DNA of 64,000 nucleotides from assembly GCA_031835245.2 (NCBI GenBank), contig JAVKOQ020000040.1, positions 186,001 through 250,000 on the forward strand, written 5' to 3'. A program made the translations under genes and the position numbers. Of this stretch, positions 56,045 to 64,000 are shown piece by piece. This DNA is from Balamuthia mandrillaris. Lineage: Eukaryota. Every line of letters starts with the position of its first letter. The first letter of the stretch is position 1. The notes below the pieces were generated by a model that worked only from the letters and a program-made list of their open reading frames with translations, had not been told where the DNA came from and made no database searches.

Positions 56045-58145
56045 ATGATGCAAGTGCAACGGTTGCTCTCCTCCACTCAAACGGGACCACTGTCTATTAT
56101 TCCTGAAGAAGAATACATGGTGGCCAGCGAAGAAATGGAAGCTCCAGTACTTGAAAACAACTTTGTACGTGTTTATTTTCATTTCATGCGTTACCAACCT
56201 TCTAACTCAACCCCATTAGGGCTACACGAACGCGTTGGCAGCGCCGATGCACCTCCAGCCTTCTGCCTGCACCTCATCTGGCGTTACCTCCGTTTCGTCC
56301 GTTCCATCAGCAATAAGCTCCTCAGCAGGCTTGAAGACAATGCAAGCCTCCATCCAGCAACAAGAGAAAATGGAGGAGCCCTCTTCCCATTCCGAGGAGT
56401 CAGAGGAAGAAGCAGAGTCGGCTGAAGAAGATCATGGCAATGAAGAAGCGGGCTCGGAGGAGGTGGAGGAGGAAGAGGAGGATGAAGCGGACTCGGAGGA
56501 CGGATCGGCTTCCAGCCCACAATCACCTGCCTCGCCTCGGTCGGAGCGCCCTCGTGATGACGGCAAAGGAGAATACTACTGCAAGTATTGCGACACGGCA
56601 TGGCCATACAGCCACTTCCGCAACGCTCAGCAGTTTGGAGCCCATTGCAGCAACTGCTCCCGCAAACGCAAAGTCAAAGACCCTCAAGAGCTGACCATCA
56701 GAGAACGCAACAAGAGGCAACGTCACAACAAGGCTTCCACTTCTGCCACCGCATCCTCTGGCTCCCCCGTTGGCCACAGGCGCCGCAGCAGATCTTTAGC
56801 CAAAAAGGAGGAGGTTTTGCTGCGACCTCGACAAAGAAGTGAAGGGACCCGCGCCCGACACAATAGTGACGATGATGAGTTTATCGAGTCTCGTTGCATG
56901 AGCGCTATTCGTCGTGAACAAGCCAACCTGGGCAACCCTCAACGAAGGGCGAGGGCTAGGAGCACTTCTCTCCTCTCGGCTGCCCTCACCACCGCTTCTA
57001 CGACGACTATAATCAAGAAACGCAACCCCAAAGGGCATAACAGCGACGGCGCAGATGGCGGCGTTGGCGAGTTGCCCTTCCAGCCTCGTGGCAGAGCCAG
57101 GAGCGTTTCTACCAAAGGTTGGCTGGAGGCCGCTCGGTGCAAGGATCCATCCTTCTACAAGAGCAAACGGCTAACACCAGTCTTTGACAACCCGAAAGAC
57201 AGCAGCGGAGACGTCATCGCAGGGCTCCTGCGCGTTGTTGAGCACGAGTTTAGCAAAGAGGTGACCTCCAGTCAAGATCTGTCGCCCGCCGTAAGAGAGC
57301 TTCATGCCCTTCGCCAAGAAGTTGGGAACATGCACCGACGGGTCACCCAAGACCTGCCCTTCGAGGCCGCTTCTCTGCTTCAGGGCCTCCGTGTGGATAT
57401 AAGCTCGCGGCTGGGTGCTCTCCAGACAGACCTTGCCTCTGAAATTGCTTTCAAAGAGAGCTACCGCAAGAAGAGATTTGCTGATCTCAAAGCTCAAATG
57501 GACACTCTGCAAAGTATTCTGAAGGAGGGGCAAGAACAGAGAGCCAACTTTCCTCTTCCCTCTGTGTCTGCTGGGGCGGAGCATCAAGCAAAACTGGAAG
57601 GTGCCCTCGTGCAGCTCAGAGAATTACGAACCCAATTCGACCAGGAGCTATCTAACAAGGAGCAGCGCTTTAACTCACAGCTCTGTGAGCTGAAGGAAAG
57701 TTGTGCCTCCCAGGTGCAAACCTTATCCCAGAACCTCAACCAACAGCTGTCTGCTGAAGAAAAGGAGGTGCATCAGGACTTGGAAGAATGGGCCTCCAGC
57801 CTGCAACGACGGTACAACTCCTGGCGCTCCTCCAGCCAACTGGCCACTACCCTGGAGGCTCCTCAATTCGCTCTTCCTCGCGCTATTCCTTCTTCCGCCT
57901 CTTCTTCTGCTGCTCAGTCAACTGCATCCCCCGCCGCCGTTGCAACAGCCACTACCCGCTTACCTGCAGGACCAGCGGTGCAACCGCATCACCTCAATGT
58001 TGCCCCGCTTTCTGCTGGCCGTTTACACCATCGCCACCGTCCTCGCAGCAACAGCAATGGTAGCAGCAGCAGTGATGATGACACGTATTTTGGTTTTACT
58101 GGCAGTCGTCGCCCCCACCCAAACCCACTCACCTCCTCTTCTTGA
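56045..58145 (+). CDS. Hypothetical nuclear protein with an atypical Cys/His finger and coiled coil
   Basis: ATG at 56045, intron ~56165-56219; acidic tract, [33 protein letters not shown], long heptad region. Confidence 0.75.
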
Positions 58146-58392
58146 GAACCACAAGAAGGCCACTCCTCTTTTTTTTCTCCCACCAGGGCCAGCCCCGACC
58201 AGCACGCGTTCATGTAGATATGCTCCTCTTTTTTTTTTGACGCAACCACCCCCTTCCCTCTGCTAGAACAATTTATGTAAGCTACCAAAACTACATGTAA
58301 AATTCATTACTGTAAAGTTAATGTTGTAAGCTACCAAAACCCTTGGTTATTTTCCTTCACGATTCACTCTTTTTCCTTCTCTATCTTTATAT

Positions 58393-60508
58393 CTACGCAA
58401 CGCGATGGTAGTAAACTAAGTACTCTGGATAGCATTGCCTGTATTTTTTGTGGTTAGAGGAAAAGTTATTGGGAGCTTTGTTCCTGCAAGGAAGGAGGTA
58501 CAAACCGCCTATCATAAACGATGAACTCGCGAAAGTCGAGAGCGGCATCACGCTGCCAGGCTCTGCTTTCACCCAGTACCGAGTCGTAGAGCAAACCTCC
58601 ATCTCTATCGGGTGGTCTTCTCAAGGGTTGATCCTTGTTCGTAGCAGCCAGCCTCACCCTTTTTTCCCCAGCAAGTTTGTTGTTGACGTCATGGACGATA
58701 GGAAGTTGGGTTAGCTTCTCAACAAACGTTTGTTGTTGACGTACAGACCAACAACTTATTTAGGCACTTGAGGTCTTGAAGCGAGAGGGAGAAGGATCGC
58801 GGTTTGTACCTTGGGCACATGTCGCAGTGTGGCTAAAAGACAGTTTTAGGAAAAAAAAAACAAGAGATGTCAAAGAACAAGATAACATGAAACGTAGAAC
58901 CTACCTATATTGGGAGCTTTTTGAAGAATCTTCTGCAAAGTAAATGCCACATCCAAACATCCTGTTAGTCAGATAACGTCAGTTTGTGCTAGGGTTAATC
59001 ACCAGCAGCACCAAAACTACATCGGTTTTACCCCGCCAAATTTGATACCCGTTCGTCAAATCCTATAAGCGGTTAATGTGTGAGTACCCTCTAACATTAG
59101 AAAAAAAAAAAACAAAAACAAAAAAAAGAAGAACCCATACCTGACTCGCAAATCTTATCCACAATTTTGTGGTTCAGCCCATGAAACAGCTGTACAAAGT
59201 GTTTAGTATGCATAAGAATATATGAGTACAATGTAGAAAGGATAGGTGCGTACATGATATTCATTTGCCGCCGGATCGATAGGGTTCCCTGTCTTAACAC
59301 CAACTATGTCCTCTGGCTTGGCATCATTACAGCGTATGACTTCTTGTTTGCGGAGATAATAATGGCCCCAAAGGGATGGATGTTGTAGCCGAAAAATCTT
59401 GCGTACTGCAAAAGACCTGATACAGAAGGAAGGGAGATAAGCGATCAAACAAGAACTCGGTATGACAGCAGCGAATACCTATAGCCATAGCGACTGAGGA
59501 TAAGAAGGATAACAGTCAGTAAAAGTTTTCTGAGCATCCATCATTGTACAGACGAGTACCTTTTGTGAAGATCGCTGATGGTGGATTGCATCAAATGAGA
59601 AATCTTTTCATATTCATCATCTCCCCTAAACAGCTCCACTTGCTGCACTTTGTTGAAGGGAGTGGACCAGTGTTGTGGAAATCCAACTTCCAAGGTGTAC
59701 GTTCTTGTCTCTGCAGCATGGTTGTTAGTTAAACGACAACAGATTCCATTTTTAAAACGAAGAAGATACGAACCTAGCTTTTGCTTCTTCAACTCGATGG
59801 TCTCCTAGAGTTTTTTGTTGGTTGTTGGGACATTCAGTTGTAAACAAAAAGTGTCATAAGAAAAGATAAGAGGGTCTCACATCTTTCTTGCTGTCGAACA
59901 AGTCCTCGTGGTTTCGTTTAAGTTTGCTGGAAACTTCTTTTGTTGCCTGTTGGGTACTAGTCTGAGTGGTGGAGGTCGCTACTGTTGCTGTTGTTGTCGT
60001 CACCGTTGCAGTATTTGAAGCTGAAGAAGCCGAGGTTGAGGGCTGCTCGCTTTTCAATAAGGCTGGGTATGGCTGCTGAACTATCTTATCATCCACTGTC
60101 CAAACACAAAGTAAACAACAACAATAAGAACAACAACAACAGCAAAGAAGAAGAAGAACAAGAAGAACAAGAAAAAGAAGAAAGCTAGTAATTAACTGAT
60201 GCGGCCCCACCTGGGGCTTGTTATTATCCAAGTGATCTTGCGCCCCTGTCTGGCCATGCGCGCCCATTTGGAGGTTTTGGTCTTGTTCTGCTCCATAAAG
60301 TTGTAGCCAGCCACTCGGCAGGAACTGCAGCCGTTTTTGGCGCGCTCAATGGCGACCACGGTACCATCGGAGAGGACAGCCTGGTCGTCACCGGCGTGCA
60401 TCGCCCAATGCACCACCAACGCATCTTTTTCTGTAACTCACCCCAATTTAGCAAAAGGCACTTTTCCCCAACAAATCCAGAGGAGGATTACCGCGCACCT
60501 TGCAGCAT
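58393..60508 (-). CDS. PARP-family ADP-ribosyltransferase with a tankyrase-like catalytic domain (5' end and one internal segment uncertain)
   Basis: LFHG, [29 protein letters not shown], DSVLG...FREFIVYDRRQCYPEYLVYY (H-Y-E triad); N-terminal AIERAKNGCSSCR resembles a degenerate PARP zinc finger. Confidence 0.82.
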
Positions 60509-60681
60509 CACCGTTCCTTGCTTGCTTGCGTTACTTCTTCTTAACTCTTTTGCGTGCCAATAAAAACAATAAGGGGCAAAATCCTTCTTGGAAGGGAAAT
60601 TGCAATCACAATCACATCATGATGTATGTATTTAAATTAAATTTGTTTCCAGGAAAAAATAAAAAAAAGGCAGGGACAAAG

Positions 60682-63140
60682 ATGAATGTTCACCAACCAG
60701 CAGCAGGAGGAGGGGGAGGAGGAGGTGGTGGAGGCTGGATATCCAGGAAGAAGAAGCGGGCCAACCCGTGCGATACTGTATCAAAGGGGCAGGCATCGAC
60801 AACTTCTCCTGCTGTTGTAAATACCCCTGTTGCTACAAATTCGCCTTTTGGCAATGGAGCACTAGCAACGGGGCTGGCTACCATCAGCGGTACACCTGGG
60901 ACGCCCATGGCAGCCATGCCCCAACCGAATGCAGTAATTGAGAGAAGCGAACCGATGGAGGAAGTGGTGGTAGCTCCCGCTACGCCACCGCAGATTAGGC
61001 CAAGGGCTTCCATAAAACTCTCCCCTTGCTCGTCGCCCGAGGTAAAGAGGCACCACCCCACCACCACCCTCAATTTCATTTTGTTCCGCTAACAGCTTTT
61101 TTTTTGTTCCTGTGTTGCTGTTGGTTAAAAGTTGGTGATGATACCTTCTTCGCAGGAGGAAGAAGTAGACTCGGCTCCCTCATTCCCGTTGCGGCAAGCC
61201 TCCTCTTTCGCTTCACAACCAATCATCTACTCGTTGTCCTCCGAAAGCAACTCTCTGAAAGAAGAGGATAGTGACGACATAGTGGTAGGCACTGAGGAAC
61301 AGGATGAAGTGGAGGATGACGTAGAAGACTTCAGTTTCGTGTCCTCTCTCTCTCTCTCTCCCCCTCGCTCTCACTTCTTCTGCTGACTAGAGTGCTCTCC
61401 TCAATATAGGTGAAGAGGAGTGTATGCCTGTGCCTCCTAAAGCGCAGCCACAACTTTTACCTGTAAAGCAACAAAAAGGCTCCATCTCAGCTCCATCCCC
61501 GGCCTCCCATCGTTTTCATATGGCAACGGCCACGAAACAACTGGCTAGTTCCCATGTGCTTCCATCTTTTTCCAACTGTCATTCCAAACGAGTCAAAGCA
61601 GAGCCCCTTGATAACGACTACGATGTTGATGGCAACGCGGGTGCCCTCTTCGTGAACGTGCCCATTGGTTGTAGTCATTCTGGTCGGAAGGAGGTCCCTC
61701 AAACGGATTTGGAGGATGACTTGCTACCTACTCCCATGTTCTTCACGCCCTTGGGACACATGGTAGCCCCTTTCTCCCATCTGTCTACTCTCCTATTCAC
61801 TCACCCTATTTCCTCTCTTGCATTCGTTTTCTCTTGGTTGTCTTCGTTCATGGTGTAGGACAATACAACCGAGCCCGCGGAAAACAACCACGAAGAAGAA
61901 GAGGAAGAAGACGCAGATACGTGTTACTCAGTTAATGTGGAAGGTAACAGATCGCCTGTCGGACCTTCAAATGACGCAGATGAAGATATAGAGGTAGACC
62001 CTTCAACAGTAAATGATCCTCAACCCAATGAACAACAAGAAACCCACCTGGAAGACAATGCCGATGAAATAGAAATGTATTCCGAGGAACAGGAGGAAGA
62101 AGAGCCTGCAGATCTATCTCACCTTCACCGATTCAAGCCATATGGCAAGGCTTCCAAGCTAGAACCTTGCGCTTCCGCAATGACCCCTTTGGGGCCTCGT
62201 GTTCGTGTAAAAGAGGAGGAGGTTGAAGAACTTTCGGAAGAAAGCCCTGCCTTCCTTGCCCCCTCTCGTTCCCCCCATACATTTTCAAGGGTTTCGCCCT
62301 TTCGCGTAAAGGGAGCTTCTGTACAAGATCAAGATGCGGCCGTAAGTGGCGCTACTGAACGTTTTTTGAATACCCTCAAGACTCCAACAAAGGATACTCA
62401 ATCCATTGAATCCGACTCGACCTCGCCCCATCGGTCACACTATCTTAGGAACGGCTACGCTACAAAGTTACAAAATCTCTTACATCGCAAGAGTTATGAA
62501 GGCTCAAAGATATCTTCTGCTGCCTCTCCTGCCTTTGTTTTAACTGAAACTAATCCAGCCTGCACACCAAACGGCCTTGAAACCTCTTCTCCCTTATATG
62601 TACAAATCTTATCGCTTATCAACTATCCAGCAGACTCGCTTTCCCTTGCCTCCTGCCTAACACTTAGCCCAAGTGACCAGGTTTTTGGTTGCCTATCTTC
62701 ATTCTGTCAAATCCAACTCTACTAACCACTTGTATTGACCAACAAGGCTCTGCGTTATTTGGTTTTGGTTATTCCCGATTCTGTGAAACAGTCACTTCAA
62801 CTTACTCGCGGCATGTTTGTGGAGCTTTATCCTCCTTGGTTAATATTCCTCTTTCCTGTTGTCCTGTGTTCTGTCTTTACTCATGTCGAACTTTACGTTT
62901 CGTTCCTTGTGAAGGCGCCAACTACAAGTTGTGACAACACATAGGAACCAATTGGAACACAGCTTAGTTCTGTTTGCGGAGCAGTGCGAACTTGCTAAAC
63001 CAACGAGTGACACTTCCCAGCACAATTGTTCTGCCATCCATGCTGAAGCCTGTGCGCAACGCACTCAAACCATTCTTCCGTTCACATTAGGAGATTTGCA
63101 AGGCAGCCATGTGGCTTCCGATAAAAACGAAACGTGCTGA
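60682..63140 (+). CDS. Hypothetical multi-exon acidic protein with a weakly SPIDR-like C-terminal domain
   Basis: ATG at 60682 and GT-AG exon chain; LRNGYATKLQNLL and LTRGMFVELYPPWRQL recall SPIDR motifs (GGLAERL; VRIFPPWQKL). Confidence 0.55.
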
Positions 63141-63266
63141 TAGTACACCCCTTTGTTTTTGACGTGGAAATAAACCAAAGTACTCTAGTTTCTTTATGCA
63201 ATCATGAGCCACAACTAGTCCTTTTTGCTGTGTTTGAACACAGAGAGGAAGAGGGAAGGAGGGAGG

Positions 63267-63303
<37 letters not shown>

Positions 63304-63368
63304 CAGAAAGTAAAAAACTGCATTGCCACAGCAACTGACAGTACAGTTTGGTGCCGCCTTAGTTTGGC

Positions 63369-64000
63369 TTATTTGCCCATGCCCATAAGCCTAGAGAGAA
63401 CAGCGTCAAGCTCAGAGAGCTTTTGCTCCGAGCTGGCAAGCTCAGCTTCCACCTCCCGCCTGCGTTCCACTTCCTCCTCGTACTTTTGAGTAAGAATGTT
63501 GATTTCCTCTCTCAAGCTCTCAGCTTCTTCAGTGACTTCACTGACAGCCTCTTCTCCAAGCTTTTGCAACTGCTCGGAAGCTTCCATCCACTGCTCCACT
63601 TCGGCCTCAAGGCGCTCGATAGTTTGCGTCTTTTCGTCCAAGAGTCTTTGGTATTCGTTGATCTTATTTTGGAGGTCAGAGGGGGCTTGGCTGGACTTGG
63701 CTTGAGCCAAGCGTTTTTCCAGTTCCTCTCGTTTGGCAACTTCGTTCTCGTTCTTCTTGATCTGTGAATTTACGTCGCTGCTAAGTCGCTGCACCTCGTT
63801 GGTCAGCCTCTGGACCTCGCTGGTCAGCCTGTTAACTTCGCCTTGGTTGTTGGAAGATTCTGCACGAGTGCGGGCCAATTCGTCACGTTCTCCTTCTGCT
63901 TCCACTCGTTTTTTCTCGGCTTGTTCGAACTTGGCTTTCCACTTTTCCAGTTCTTGTTGGAGAGCTTTTCTCTCCGCATCGCTGTTGGAGTTGGCTTGTA
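63369..64000 (-). CDS. C-terminal end of a coiled-coil protein (5' part outside the window)
   Basis: Open heptad-rich frame running from the window edge to TAA at 63369. Confidence 0.75.
   Translation of the reverse strand, partial: QANSNSDAERKALQQELEKWKAKFEQAEKKRVEAEGERDELARTRAESSNNQGEVNRLTSEVQRLTNEVQRLSSDVNSQIKKNENEVAKREELEKRLAQAKSSQAPSDLQNKINEYQRLLDEKTQTIERLEAEVEQWMEASEQLQKLGEEAVSEVTEEAESLREEINILTQKYEEEVERRREVEAELASSEQKLSELDAVLSRLMGMGK

Overview
Gene-dense eukaryotic nuclear DNA with short GT-AG introns often packed with (CT)n/(AAG)n microsatellites. The gene content and intron style suggest a free-living amoebozoan protist, but that is an inference. I can support about 25 protein genes: kinesin-14, a UCP-like carrier, Sel1, TMEM184/OST-alpha, DENN, REV7, RPC8, GOS1, XRN2, a calpain domain-III repeat protein, VTI1, CFD1/NUBP2, ATG8, PheRS-alpha, a RhoGEF, a MYCBP2-type E3, a tandem ADF-H protein, a PARP and several unknowns. 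There are also two identical divergent tRNA-Cys genes. The most unusual part is an accessory block at about 13.4-22.7 kb. It contains (1) an LRR protein whose spliced C-terminus carries a papain/Josephin-like Cys-His-Asp motif set; (2) an intronless Crinkler-type restriction-endonuclease-fold plus kinase gene; (3) a complete but inactivated piggyBac-like transposon with an ATAT (not TTAA) target duplication, asymmetric internal repeats, a microsatellite-filled intron and CpG-type decay, inserted 15 nt upstream of the Crinkler-type ATG; and (4) an intronless archaeal-looking MTAP/MTIP phosphorylase. Other highlights are a StyC-like membrane protein (HGT candidate) and a RING1-IBR plus RING-Cys-relay hybrid E3 ligase. 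Gene coordinates span first to last codon including introns, and all family calls come from motif recognition by eye, not database searches.
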